Assembly: GCA_013239625.1 (NCBI GenBank)
Contig: MU054026.1
Coordinates: 310,001-374,000 of the forward strand
Source: Lama guanicoe
Taxonomy: Eukaryota
DNA: 64,000 nt
Direction of reading: 5' to 3'
Shown here: positions 12,206 through 25,657 of the stretch, piece after piece
Layout: every line of letters begins with the position of its first letter
How positions within the stretch are numbered: position 1 is the first letter of the stretch
Notes under the pieces: model-generated
Databases searched by the model: none
What the model was told of the DNA's origin: nothing
What the model saw: the letters and a program-made list of their open reading frames with translations, nothing else
Translations under genes and position numbers: made by a program

Positions 12206-15129
12206 TGTATCATCTTAACTTAAATATTTCTGTATATATGTAACATACCACAGTATCATCATTACACCTCAAACAGTGCACCAAAATTCCTTAACTGTAT
12301 CCAGGAAACCTATAAAACCCTGAAATTGTATGCAGAATTGTCTGTGTCTTGCACATTGTTACAGGTACAGAGCTCAAAGCCTTTATTAGATTTTTAAGAT
12401 GGTTTGTGGCCCCCCAAAAAAGGCAGAGAACCACAAATTTTGATCTAGGAAGTCAACATTTATGGTGAATTCCACTTTTCTTGGTAAGAGAAATTGTACG
12501 GTGGTTTTGTTCCATGTCTTGGCAACAAAGGAAATTAGAGCGAAAGCCAGTTCTGAGTTGTAGGGAAGTTAGTATCTTTCTCTTCTTCCTCTCATTTGCT
12601 GACTCCTCTCAACATTGTTTATGTTTTGTGTATTTTCACAAATATAAAAACTTTCATATGTGCTCTCTCAAAGTTGGAGTTTTTTAATATGTATATTTTT
12701 AAACTGTGAAACTAATAAACTAAGTACTCTAAAATAATTAGAATGGCTTTTTAATTTTAATTAAAAGATTTAAAACAGCTATGTAGAAAAGAGATTGAGA
12801 AAATACCTCATGTTGGATGAAGTTTTATAAGGATAAGCTTTTGTCTTATTTTAAATATACTCTTTGGGCTTAGGGGAAATGTTTGCAGATTTTGTACATC
12901 TGCTCCTTACTACTTGAGTGAAATTTTTTACCAGTTCATAAAAACAAAAATTACATTCCTGTAATAAATAAAAGCAAACTTTCACAGCCACTTTTTCCCT
13001 TAAGGACTTAACTTAAAGGAAGATTCTGTACACTGTGCAGAAAATAAATTATACCATAAAAGGATTTCTTGCTATCTAAATTTTTTGCATTTCCTTGGTT
13101 CAGAAATATTTTTGAGTAGTATGAGATTCCAAGTTATGTAAATCTGGTTTCTGACTTTCTGATAGTTGTGAGAGTTTGAATAATGAGGAATTCATCCAAG
13201 TTCATCAGAATCTATTCTGTCCTATCCTGTCCTATAAAAGAGAGCTTGTGGTGAGGGAAACCTGCACTTTCTTTAGCTACACTCAGGGTAAAATTTTCAT
13301 TTTTAGGTGTGAAATGCTGCATATTTCTAAGTTATATGTGTAAATATTATTCTGCAGGCAAGTGCTTTAAATTTTTTAAAAATTTATATTCTATTAATCC
13401 CACGAAGGATTTGAAATGGCTCTAGAGAGAGACATTAGACATCAGACTAACAATCTAATCTAACTTAAAAATTAGAAAGTTAGGGTTTAGGAGTGCATTA
13501 ATCAGCGTAGAGAATTATTACAATGATGTATGGGGGTGGGGATACAGATCAGACCATCCAAAATCAGGCTGTAGAATCTTGGAATGTCTTGAAAGTTTCC
13601 AGGTGAATTGAAGCCTAACTAAGAGTTGGGGCGTGGGGAAGGCAGAGAACAAAATGGTATTCCGAATACACAGCCTTTTGATGTCTGACCAGATCTTTCC
13701 TTCATTTCTAGAATATCTTGGGCAGTTTTCACACTATTTTTAAGCTGCAGATTTATATTTCTAAGAACTAGTCTACAGAAGTATGTATGTAAAATATACT
13801 GTATGTAAAACCATACGTACGTAGCAAGTATGTAAAACAGTTTGAACTACTGTTGCTTTAATTTAAAGAGATGTGGGGGCCTGGTGTTGGATGGCAGAGG
13901 GTTTGAGGCAAAGATTGCTTACTCTTATGTATTGTCCCCAAAGGACAGAATATAGAGGTGAGTATTTTCAAAGCTCATTTTGATTATCACTGTCTTTTCT
14001 CTTTAACTTTAGTCTGGGTTAAGTAATCTCTTTGGTTTGTTCATTGGCATAAGGTGACACTGCTTAGCATTTACCTGTCAGTCTGGTCCACTGTGTGAAT
14101 AGTAATTAAATAATTCATTTAGCTCCTCAAGCTTATCTCCAGTGGAGAATGGCACGTTTAAAGCACGTGTTTTATTTTTTTAAGAACTTCACTGAAGAAA
14201 AGGATTTAATGACATTCAGATTCTCCTTTAAATTGATAACCGTCTCTGATTTTCCTGTTGGTCTTTGAATTTATATGGTGGATGTAAATGTTCTGTTCTT
14301 TAAATTTGTGGAAATTCTGTTTAATTCCTTACTGATGCAGGTGTATTTGGCCTAGCCTGGGGTATGCCCTCTGAGAATAATTTTGAGCAAACAGAATAAT
14401 TTTGAGTAAACAAAGAAACAATTCTCTGTGTCTGCTGGGTATTACTTTGTGTGCTGTTTGTATAGTTTCCTTTTGGGATTTTAAAAGCCGTCTGCTGTTT
14501 AAGGGAGTTGAAATGATCAGATAAATACAGTGTGAAGGTTGAATTCAGAAGAAATTTTACAGAGGTGAAAAGACAGTAAAAAAAAAAAAAAAAGAAAGAG
14601 GTGTGTTGTCATTACAAAGAGCAAGCATCCTTTAGTGAAATCATATATACAAACATGCTTTGAAAGCATTAAAAAAAACTAATAGCTAGCCTTATTGGTG
14701 TTAATGCAGTAACTTGAGAGACGGAAATCTCACCTAAAAACTCGTCATGCCTGTTCAGGGCATGTTATGAAGTTAGCGGATAGTCTTCTTTGACCTCTTT
14801 AAGGTTTTGGTTGTTCTTCTCTGCTTTTCTGGGATACTGCTGTGCATCATAGGGCCAAATTCCACTCAGCAGGGTTTTGAGGATAAGTAACTATGATTTT
14901 TTTTTCCTCTTCATAATTTAAAACTGTTCTGGAGAGTGCGTACAGAAAAGTCATAGTTTGGTTCAAAACAAGTGTGGCTCTAGCAGGTTTAAGTGTTTTC
15001 CAAGAGTTTCATCAGCCACTTTCATGTCCTTGGGTCTTAGTGATATTTTCTGAGTTTCTTGATTAAGAAAACAACCAGTGTTATTTTTCTTGAACTGTGT
15101 TTTTCAAAATTTATTTCCCATGTGTTTTG

Positions 15130-15607
15130 TAGGCATGCCTCTGAGACACTGCAAGTTCATTTCCAGATTGCCACAGTAAAGCAAATATTGCAAAAAAGTG
15201 CATCATACAGTTTTTTTGGTTTTCCAGTGCATATAATGTTGCACTGTACTATAGTCTGTTAACTGGGCAGTAGCATCACGTCTAAAAACACAATGTTTAT
15301 ACCTTCATTAAAAAATTACGTTATTGCTAAAAAGTTCTAACTACATCTGAGCCTTCAGCAAGTTATATTAGTACATCAGACATCACTTACAATAGAGCAC
15401 CGTAGCAAATACAGTAACAATGAGAAAGTTTGAAATATTGCACGAATTATCAAAATGTGACACAGAGACCCAAAAGAAGCCCATACTGTTGGAAAAATGG
15501 TGCTGTTGGTCCTGTTAGATGCAGGGTTGCCGTGAGCCACAATTTGTAAAGAACGCAGAATTTGCAAAGTCCAGTAAGGTAAAGCGAAACAAAACGAGGT
15601 ATGCCTG
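15130..15607. mobile_element. Tigger1-like internally deleted DNA transposon
   Basis: TIRs AGGCATGCCTC ... GAGGTATGCCTG resembling the Tigger1 end CAGGCATACCTC. Confidence 0.8.
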
Positions 15608-15806
15608 CATCTGAAAATGAAGTTGCTTAGAGCAAAGTTGAGGTGAATGCCACATTGTTTTTTGTAGTACGAACTTTATCTTTTCAGACATTTTCTGTGG
15701 CCAAACTTTCTTGTATGGTTTGTTAAATTAAAACAAACAAACAAAAAAAACAAGTTACGTACTTGTTTATGTTGACTTTATCTCTTTAACTGTATGTTTA
15801 TTCTGA

Positions 15807-15965
<159 letters not shown>

Positions 15966-16212
15966 TAAGCATTCTCTTCTCCTGTACGAATGTTGCAGCT
16001 TTCTGCCTGTTTCTTTTTGGAAGGGCTTCAGTAGTTTTATGCCCAGTCTGGTTCTCTTATGTGCTGGGAAATGAAACCTGTTTGGTCTCACGTATGCTTC
16101 TGTCATTCTTGAAACTGAACTTGACACACATTTCCTTCGGGATATGCATATCGATTAATTAAGAAGCACACTTTATATTTCTCTACTGTTTATGATTGGT
16201 AGTGTGATTTCT

Positions 16213-16394
16213 TTTTTTTTGCTTTTCCTTCCAGTTTTATTGAGACGTAATTGACGTACAGCTCTGTATACTTTTTATGAAGGGGGAGGGAATTAGGTTT
16301 TATTTATGTCTTTTATAATGGAGGTACTGGGGATTGAACCCAGGACCTTGTGCTTGCTAGGCATGCGCTCCACCGCTGAGCTATACCCGCCCCC
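16213..16394 (-). mobile_element. tRNA-derived SINE with an additional L1-like 3' tail
   Basis: SINE head at about 16320-16394, L1-3'-end-like segment at about 16225-16270. 17-bp TSD TTGGTA(G/A)TGTGATTTCT at 16196-16212 and 16395-16411. Confidence 0.85.
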
Positions 16395-18754
16395 TTGGTA
16401 ATGTGATTTCTCTTAGGAAATAGTCATTAGAAACTAGAACCTTACTTTTAGGGGAAAAAAGGGCTATTTGGCATATACTGTAACTGCTTTGTTATGGAGG
16501 TTTTCTTCTTTGTCGTAATAGTGACAGAAAGGACAAAAAGCAGGATTAAAAAGGACCAATGTGCTAGTGATGGTAATGATGATAATAGACAAGTTCATTC
16601 CTGTTTTTTAAAATTTACAGATAATAGAAGTTTATTGTTAAAAAAAAATCAACAAAACCAATAGTCCTGAAGTGTGTTTTTTCTCTATCCCTTTTCTCTT
16701 GGGACAGAGAAACTACTCTTCATCTTAAGAAAACTGTTGATCTTCTATTTTTTCTAAGTTTATTAATTGGAATTTTTCTCTAAAAAACTTGGTGTTTCAT
16801 CAAGTATTGAGTTACTTTGGTATATAGTTCCTATAGGAAAGGCAGAAGAATGTTTAATTTTTTTCCCCTTTAATGATTTTAAGAATAAGTTGGTGCCTTG
16901 GTAACTGGCAAAGGTGATGACTGATGGTTTTTTGTGTTTAAGCGTGTCAGTCCATTACTGTTTTTATCCTTTATAATTCTCAAAAACTCCCATTTTTGGT
17001 CCATCGGAGCCCCTTCGAGTTGAGCCCACGTTTCCTTGACAGTGCAGCCCTCCAGTAGTCACTGGCAGCCTCTTCACTTCCTGGTGGACAAGCTATTCCA
17101 GGTTCATTGGGCGATTTTCTGCCCCAGACCTGGAATCCCTGAAAGAAGTCCGTGCTTCCTTTTGAGGTGAAATGGTAAAGACCGTAATCTCAGTGTTACC
17201 AGACTTCTTAATTTTTGCACATCTTGAAACTGAAAAATGTTGACTTCTGAAATTAATGTTGACATCACTGAATATGAATGAGGATGGTCAGGTTTTTGAT
17301 ATTTTTCTTTACTATTTGTGTTTATGTTTCTGTGAATTGCCTTTTGATATCCTTTGCCCATTTTGAAAAAATTAAGGTATAATTCACATACCATACAATT
17401 CTTTGCATTTTTTTGAGTTGTCATTTTTCTTATTAATGTGTAAGGGGCCTTTATAAATTAATGATATTAGCCCTTTGTGTGGGACACGTTACAAATATTA
17501 TTTTTCCTATTTGACATATCCTTTTGAACTAGTATATGTTTGTCCATTTGCTTGTGTACTTGCTGCTCGTGGATCTTAAATTATTACATTGAATTTGTCA
17601 GTTTTTGTAATAAGACTGATGGCAGTTAGGAATGCAGGTTATAGAACTAGTTTATCTGTGTCTAAAACCTGGCTCCTTTGCTTAGTATCTGTGGACCTTT
17701 GGGTGCAAGTTATTTAATCTCTTTATGCCTCAGTTTCTTTGTCTGTAAAATGAGATAGTAGTATGACCTCACAGAGTAGTTTACTGTGATAAATTGCTAA
17801 AGACATGTAATGAGCTTCATAAATGCTCAGTAAATATTAGCTGCCATTGTCTCTGAACTAGTCTTGCTGCTTTTGATGCTGTTAATGTTTTGATTTTAGA
17901 GAGGGATGGTTATCCTTATTAGCGTTCTTTTTAGAATTTCTCTTGATATTCTGTCTTTTATAAGATAAATTTTAATATTTCCTCAGTTTAAAAAAAAGCT
18001 CATTGTTATTTTGCTGGGAAACTGTATTGAATTATGTATGTAAATTACATAGAAAATTGACACCCTTATAATACTGAATTTTTCTATTCAAGAATAGGGT
18101 ATCTCAGAAAAGCTTCAACTCATGAATAAAATCGAGATGTAATTCCATTTAGAATAGCTTGATTGCTTGGGAAGATGTAGGTATTTTAGTTTAATGTACC
18201 TATTAAAGAGATATTTATGATTGAAATCCATGCAGGAAGAGTAGTTCAGACATAGTCTGAGCCATTGTGGCTTCCGGTTTTAGATCTATTTTTTGATACA
18301 GTAGCGTGTTACAGTGGGATGGACGTATCACACAGTCAGTGTTGTTCGTTCCTTTTCACTTTCTGTAGCGGAGTGGGATTTGCTTGCCACACAGGAAAGG
18401 ATGCGCAGCAGTTTATTCCGCTTACTACAGTCTCAGTGGTTAAGTGTTCTTGAGAAGCAGCCACATGCCCTCTGGGTTTTTCCTGCTGGCCTCTTCCTAA
18501 GTGGCTGACTTCTGAAAGATCAACAGGCGGTTCCCAAGAAAACACCTCTTTTAGCACTGGTATATATTTTTGGTTGACCTTACAGTATGATTTCAGGAGA
18601 CACTCTGATTAGACTGTAGCTGTGAGGCCACTGAAATGTCCACAGAAGTACAGTGAGATGACCTGCGTAAAGCCAAGTAAACTCTCAGATTGACATTTGC
18701 GACACTGTTTTACTTGGCTTTTGGCAAGTTTTTAAAAAGTACGTGAAATCAATG

Positions 18755-18925
18755 GTAATCAATCTGTATATGGGAATTACCCGGTAAGGTCCCTAGGCTG
18801 GCACCTTCTGGCATTCTCATTAATTCAGTAAGTCTGTGATGGGGGCCAAAATCAGTATTTTTAATAAGCTTCCTGAGTGGTTCTGTGAAAGGTAGCCTTA
18901 TGGACCACATTTTGAGAAACGCCGC
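18755..18925. mobile_element. MER5A-like hAT-Charlie relic
   Basis: Resembles the MER5A consensus (...TTTTAATAAGCTTCCTGAGTGGTTCTG...GGACCACATTTTGAGAAAC). Confidence 0.65.
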
Positions 18926-21803
18926 ATTCACTTTTTCATTGTAGTCTGTTGTTTGACTTTTGCACGTTGTTCTTTTCAGAATCTCTCCCTTTATTCCACC
19001 CCCTGGTAGCCGCTTTATTTGTATTGCTATGCATATCCCAGTGGAAGAAAAATATCTTTACCTTCCATCTAAACCATGTTGGAAACTTGTATGAAAGGTA
19101 AACCATAGTGTTTGTTCTACTTGATATTTTTGTTTAAACCAGCTCATTTTTTTTAACTTCCATTTAGTTTAAAGCAAAAATTACTATCATTGCTATATAT
19201 GAAAAACAAATATTTAACATAGGTGGATAATGATAAAAAGTAAGTACAATGAAAATAACTATGTTATTAAAGTTTGGAAATTGAAACAAACAAAAAAACC
19301 CTAATGAAACACAAATGATAGTACATCTATTTGACTTGCAAAATATGCATATAATACTTGCCAAAAAAAACAAGTCTTTTAATTAGAATGGTTCTGTTTG
19401 TGCCTAGTTGGATATAAGGAGACGGTCAGCTCACTGTCAGTTAATTTAAAGGTGAGGTTTTACATCGGCATGTTTTTCATTAGCCAATTCATCTCCCATA
19501 CAGTTGTAGGACAGTTAGCCAAATGCTAGCATTAGATTTTTAATACAGGTCTATGGTTATTTTGCACAGTGGTGAAGGAATGCGGAAAAACTAGATCACC
19601 TATTATTTCCTCTAGGCTGATGCTTATAGTGACCTTTAGCTCAGAAAAAGGAAATCTGAAAAGCCCTATGAAATTAAAATAACTCCTCCTTCTCCCTGTG
19701 TCCAGGGGCCTTTCCTTGAACTTGAAGGTGAACTGAGTTGCGGTGCACATAAACCCAGGCACCCCACCCCCAACATGATACTGGGCTTCCGTGCAGCTTT
19801 GGATTGTGGGAGACTGGTACCCAGGCTGCTCCGGGGGCTGCGGCCGGGCGCAGACATCCGCCCGTGCTGCTGGCTCACAGCTGCTTCTCTGTGTGGGGTT
19901 GCTCCCACGCGGGGAGAGGCAGTAGCCCGGGTCTTCCAGGTGGCCTCAGCAGGAAGCCTGCGCAAATTTCCTTCCACCTACCATTAAAAAGCGTGTCGTG
20001 TGCAGCCACATTCTCATCACTTAGTTAGGGAAACAGTTCTTTAGACCTCAGTTTCCTCAAATATTTCTTAAGCAATGAATTAACACCCAGGTACAACGCG
20101 CTCCCCACCCCCACCTCGTTCCCTAAATAATCCCGGTAGGGACTTGGCATCTTTTTAAAAGTGGTCCTCACAAAGTGTCAGTTATAGTTGTGTTACATCA
20201 TCAGGGACCCTGTGACTACCAGCTCTTGCTATCCGCTCATATTTCTTTTGTTTCCTTGAGTCAGTGTGAAGCGGTGCTTCTTGGGGGAATAGCGTGATTA
20301 ATAATTGAGAGACAGCTCTGTTAGGACGCGGCTAGAATAACTGATTGTCCTCATTTTGAAAGCCTAGTTGTGAGGTTTCTAAGTAGCTAAAGAATGGACC
20401 GATCATTAAGTCAAATTGGCAAAGGGCCATCGGCGAGCTGCGGATCTCTCTTGCAGATGTCGTTTCCAAACGTGGATTCTGAAGTCGGGGCAGTTGCTGC
20501 TCTGGTGTCTCGGCTTGGGAGCTGGCGCGTCCCCAGCAGCTGTTGCCTGGGCCTCTTCTGGCATCTGAGGACCCTGCTGTACCGTTTCTTCTGTCTTGCC
20601 TCTCTGGCTTAATTTCCTAAGTGGATCTGATGCTCTGAGCCTCTTCTGGTTGCCCCCTGGGGGCTGTGTCACTCTCTGCAAAGGTTCCATTAGTGTCAGA
20701 AGAAAGTAATGTGTTCACCTGATCATTTGAGTCACTTGACATCATCCCTACTCTCCATGTCCCTGATTCTTAACTCTCCTCTCCAGATCCATCCCACGGC
20801 ACCAAAATCATTTATTAAACTGATTTGGTGCCAAAGGTACTTACTTTTGATTTGGCTAAGTTCAGCCAGACTTCTCACTTGGGGAGAAGGACGTGGAGAG
20901 GAGGAAGGTTTATTTAACAATATTCGTTGAAAGCAGTGTTCTGACCTCACTATACCCAATTTCTTAGAGACTAACCAGGTTTGCTTGATGTTGAATCTAT
21001 ATCTCAATTGAAAGGAAAAGAAAATGAACTTTATAAAAGGCTTTTTTTTTGTCGTATAACTTTTTTTTTGATCTTTAACGTGATAGATAAATATTGAGCA
21101 TCTTAATTCTTCTCACCCGGTCAGTGCATTTTGTTTTGGGCCTATAAGGGAAGCTTTTGCAGATACGGTTGCTGGGTATTACCTGTTTATTGCCAACCTT
21201 AGATACCTGAACACACATGGTCTTTACTCTTACAGTGCTCATGAGCTTATAACTGGCCTTTATAGTTCCCAACCTAAATGTTTATGGCATCATTACTTAC
21301 ATACATTACATTACATAATTTTCAGTGAAAATCCTCTTTATTACCTCAGGAAAACCTGCTAAGAAATTTTCCAGTAGTCAGAATGTGTAATAGCTTAAAA
21401 ATGTATGTAAACCTTTTCCAGCTTAGCGCAGTGTTTTCAAAGATGAAGAAAATGTATCGGTATATCCAACGTGTACCTTATTTTTTTAAAAACATTGCAT
21501 GCGAGAGTATGCAGAATGCTTTGGACTCGCCCACTCACCTGCACACACTTCTAATCTTACTCTTTCCATTGCAAGTGACAGCCTTCCCTTCCAGCTTTGG
21601 GAGGATGTTGCTTGAGCAGGTGTCATGTTGTTTGAAAGGCTTTGTGAAATGACACTTGAGAAAGGAGGCCACTCTAACGGAAGACTGTAATGCCCTGTGA
21701 AAAGCAAACACAGAAACTTGACAGCAATGTTTTAAAAGCATAATTGTCTAAAGCTCCTTTATGAGTTTGTTCAACTTTTCTCTGGATCTTCTTGGTAGCT
21801 TTT

Positions 21804-21952
21804 TTTTTTAATATATTTTTGTTGAAGTATAGTCAGTTTCCAGTGTGTCAGTTTCTGGTGTACAGCATAATGCTTTGGTCATACACATACTGTTTTTCAC
21901 TATAGGTTAGTACAGGATACTGAATATAGTCCCCTGTGCTGTACAGTATGCA
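21804..21952 (-). mobile_element. 5'-truncated L1 3' end
   Basis: Poly-T plus L1 3' UTR. TSD CTTGGTAGCTTTT at 21791-21803 and 21953-21965. Confidence 0.85.
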
Positions 21953-22179
21953 CTTGGTAGCTTTTCAAAGGAAGTACGACGATCAAGTTCATGTAGTCTT
22001 CCACTTGAAAGCAGGATCACCCAGCTCAGGCTGACTTCTGACCATGTGTTACATTTCTGATTCGTAGACATGGAAATTTTTTTTTTTTAATTGAGTCCAC
22101 TCTTCCCTTTTAATGATCTCTCTTACGGAAAAGAAGATGGGAAAAATAAACCTGTGCCTCATGAAAAGGAAAATAATGG

Positions 22180-22400
22180 CTAACATTTATCAAATACTTA
22201 TTATGTGGTAGGCACTATTCTAAGTACCTGTTACTTATACTGGTTTATTTACTTTTTCTAACAACCCTGTGAGATATAGTTACTCTCTATAATCTCATTT
22301 TATAGATCAGGACACTGAGGCACAGAGAAGTTAAGCAATTTACCCAAGGTCCTGTAGGTCATAGATGGCACAGCTGGAATTCAAACCCCAGCAGTTTAAC
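22180..22400. mobile_element. MIR SINE
   Basis: Core ATTTTATAGATCAGGACACTGAGGCACAGAGAAGTTAAGCAATTTACCCAAGGTC. Similar MIR relics occur near 3550-3680, 17630-17845, 28280-28520, 48030-48220, 49230-49390, 59970-60150, 60600-60830 and 61010-61150. Confidence 0.8.
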
Positions 22401-22812
22401 TCTACCCTCTGCTGTGTTGTATTGTCACTTAAAGTAGAAAGTTATGTAATTATTTAAATTTTGGTTTCAGTCATTGTAAATGTGACATTCTCTCATTGGG
22501 TTGAAATTTGGTTTCTCTTTCTAAGATCTCCACTGAAGTGATGAAGTGTGTGTGGTCCATTCCTGATCCTTCTCTTTTTCCACTCGACCTTTAGAATCTC
22601 TGTAATAGTTCTAACTGCTTGGAAGAAAAAAGACGGGCATGTGAAAAACAGTGTTACGTGGATTTCAGTTGCTCATTTAATTGCTTTACAACCCAACCCA
22701 CTGGAGGCATAAAGCTTGGCAACAGAGACATACATTTCCTTGTGCAGAATTCTCTCTGTTTAGGAATGTAAAATTTCCCATAATGGGCTGCGTTAGTTTA
22801 ATTCTGCCCTGA

Positions 22813-23022
<210 letters not shown>

Positions 23023-23059
23023 TGACCTTATGAATTCTGTCAGATTGCTTTTTAATTTA

Positions 23060-23350
23060 AATTTATCTTTTAATAATCATCTTATTAAAATATAGTTCAC
23101 ATACCATGATGTTCACCCTTGGAAGGTGAGCAATTCATTGTTTTTTAATGAATTCACAGACTTGCGCAGTCATCACTGTTTACTCTTAGACCATTTTCAT
23201 CAGAAAAGTAACATGTGCCCACTAGCAGTCATTCTCCATTCCCTTCTCCCTCAAGCCCCGGCAACGACCAGTCTACTTTCTGTCTCTGGATTTTCCTATT
23301 CTGGACATTGCATATAAAGGGAATCATATAATATGTGGCCTTTTGTATCT
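23060..23350 (-). mobile_element. Old L1 (L1MB-like) 3' UTR fragment
   Basis: Typical motifs TTCACATACCAT... CTACTTTCTGTCTCTGGATTTTCCTATTCTGGACATT...GGAATCATATAATATGTGGCCTTTTG. Confidence 0.75.
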
Positions 23351-25531
23351 AGTTTCAACAGATTTGAAAAGGTGGAGTTCCCGGCGGTACTTTCAAGATG
23401 ACCACCTGCCTTTTTTGGTGTCATAGCCTTAAAGATGCGAGTGTTCCATGCTAGAGATTCTTACGTTGTTCAGTAGTGGGAATAAGTACTCGGATTGGCT
23501 GTGCTTTGTGCTTCAACATAAACTTTTTGTTGTCAAGTCCATCCTGCACCTTTTTTGTATTCCTCTTTTATGGAAAGATGATATAACTTCCTGATGAGCT
23601 TTTTAACAGAATTGCTATGTCAACTTCTCCCTCCATAACTAAATAAATACAATTTAATTTTCAGTTCAGCTACTCATTCTGGGAATTTTTTTTTTTAACA
23701 TTCTTACATGGGATATAGGAAAGCTCTCAAGCTTTTCATATGTCTGCCTTCTCTTTAAGAATTTATCTTGTTGATAAACTTTCAGTGAAGCTACTCTGTG
23801 ACTTTTCTCAACCTTGAATAGTTAATAGAAATTTATCAGAATCAGCTCATTTATTAGCTGTGGGTCATAAAAGCTTCTATCTCAAATGCAGGAAAACCTC
23901 TTAAATTGTTTTTTAAGAGCAGTATTCATTTTGAGACTGAATAGTATGATTTATATTATGGATGTTACTCTGAATTTGAGGGGGAATGGGCAGAGTCAAG
24001 AAATAGAATTGTACAATTCATCCACTTTGTTTCTCTTATATTAAACAAATTATTTAGGCTTCTATTCACCTGTTTCCTAATTTTTTTTCCCAATTATTTT
24101 TGATGGAAAGTTCAAAAAACATTTTTAGGACAACTGGCTTTTTCAAACAACAGTGTAGGCAGTATTGATTTGTTTGAACTAGACTTTTTAATGAAACACA
24201 ATGTTATATGTTTCTCATTTTTATGTTTTGAATTTTATGTTAGGAGAAAAAGGTATGACTAGATAATCATCAGGTTTTCTATGATTGAAACAATAACTCC
24301 CTTTAAGAGTTGTATGGATTCATATTTATTCTTTTGATTATCAGTGTACAATTACAAGTTTAGAAATGATGGCTAAGCATACACAAAGCTAAGTGAGCTA
24401 TTGGGAAGAAACCTTCCTAACGTTTTTGTTAGTTGATAACATTGTCAGCGGTCTAACTTCTTCATATTGGAGAGGATGTTAAGTTGAATACTACTTATTC
24501 AAGAGATAGAGAGTTAGTTGTTAAAATTTATGTGCTGTCTGTATTGCCCAGAGTGGCTAATTGTTTTCAAGGACATTTTTAATGTACTTGTTTCTAAATC
24601 TCTAAAACAGGGGTAAAAATTAAGAAGTATTTTGGATAAAAATTGGAGATGAGCTCCTTTCTGAGTTCTTTGTCCTTAATAAAATTCTGCTTTTATCTTC
24701 TGAGTAGAGTGGAGACTTCAGAGCTTTCTGTGCTGTGACAGCTGGCATTTGTGTTTGTTCATGTCCCCCAGAGACTGAATGGAAACCATTAAAACCAGTC
24801 ATTACTTTTCTTAAGGGGAAAAAGACATCATGTTTGTAGCATTTTTGAAGGAATTGCTCCCCCTTTGAAGGAAGCTCTTTTTATTTTTTGGCACTTGGGC
24901 TAACTCTTTCCAGCAGTTGGTCATGCTTTTTGAGGTTTCAGAACCTGTTATATCCCTGTTGAAGATGAATGTGTTTTATAAATAATGTCTTTGGTTTGAT
25001 GAAATTGGAAGCTTGGATATTTTTTCAGTAGGAAGAGCGATGTAGTATGAGGCAAAGATTTGATCATCCTACCAACTCAGAGAAAATAGTTTCTAAACCT
25101 GTCAAGTCAGGTTTTTTTTTTTAAATGGATGATTTTAAAATCATCCTGTGTAGCTATTCATATTCTAACATTCTGAAAGTACTAAAACAGTAAATAATTG
25201 GGATTTTTAATTTACTGCACCTTAGTAAAGAATAAACATGCAGTCATCAGTTGACAGGTGTGAATGTGTTCTGTGCCTGTCATTCCTTTTCTTCTGTAAT
25301 AATGTATGCGCAATGATCTGCCTGTGCTCTTTGATTTTTTGTTTGTGTTCTTGTTTGATCAGTACCTGCTTCTTTACTTAAAATTTTTTCAGACTGGCTT
25401 CCTGAGTGTTTTCTTTGCTTTATACCAGAAAAAGTGTATTTTGATATTTGTGGTGGTCTTAACTTGTAAACTTACCAGAAAGAGTATACTTTGATATTTG
25501 GTATGTTCTGAATTTAAAATTGTACTTTCTG

Positions 25532-25657
25532 GTGGGGGAGGGTACAGCTTAGTGGTAGAGCTTGTGCTCAGCATGCACCAGGTCCTGGGTTCAATGCCCA
25601 GTACCTCCACTAAAATAAATAAATAAAATAAAGTACCTCCCCCCCCAAAAATAAATA
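25532..25657 (+). mobile_element. tRNA-derived SINE (camelid Vic-1-like)
   Basis: GGGGGAGGGTACAGCTTAGTGGTAGAGC...GGTTCAATGCCCAGTACCTCC. 16-bp TSD AAAATT(G/A)TACTTTCTG at 25516-25531 and 25658-25673. Confidence 0.9.

Noticed and set aside
11748..12225. Loose similarity either side of duplicate copy 2 (ATGTAGCATCTTTAAGTTT at 11748 vs ATGTATCATCTTAACTT at 12205) as a possible TSD
   Set aside because: It has several mismatches and an indel while the insert itself has none, so it cannot be a TSD of the same age. Probably chance, or at most microhomology.
14374..14411. 19-bp tandem duplication with one mismatch; other short tandem pairs near 25423-25500, 27693-27718 and 35987-36011
   Set aside because: Two-copy micro-duplications are ordinary slippage products. 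There is no repeat-spacer array, so nothing CRISPR-like.
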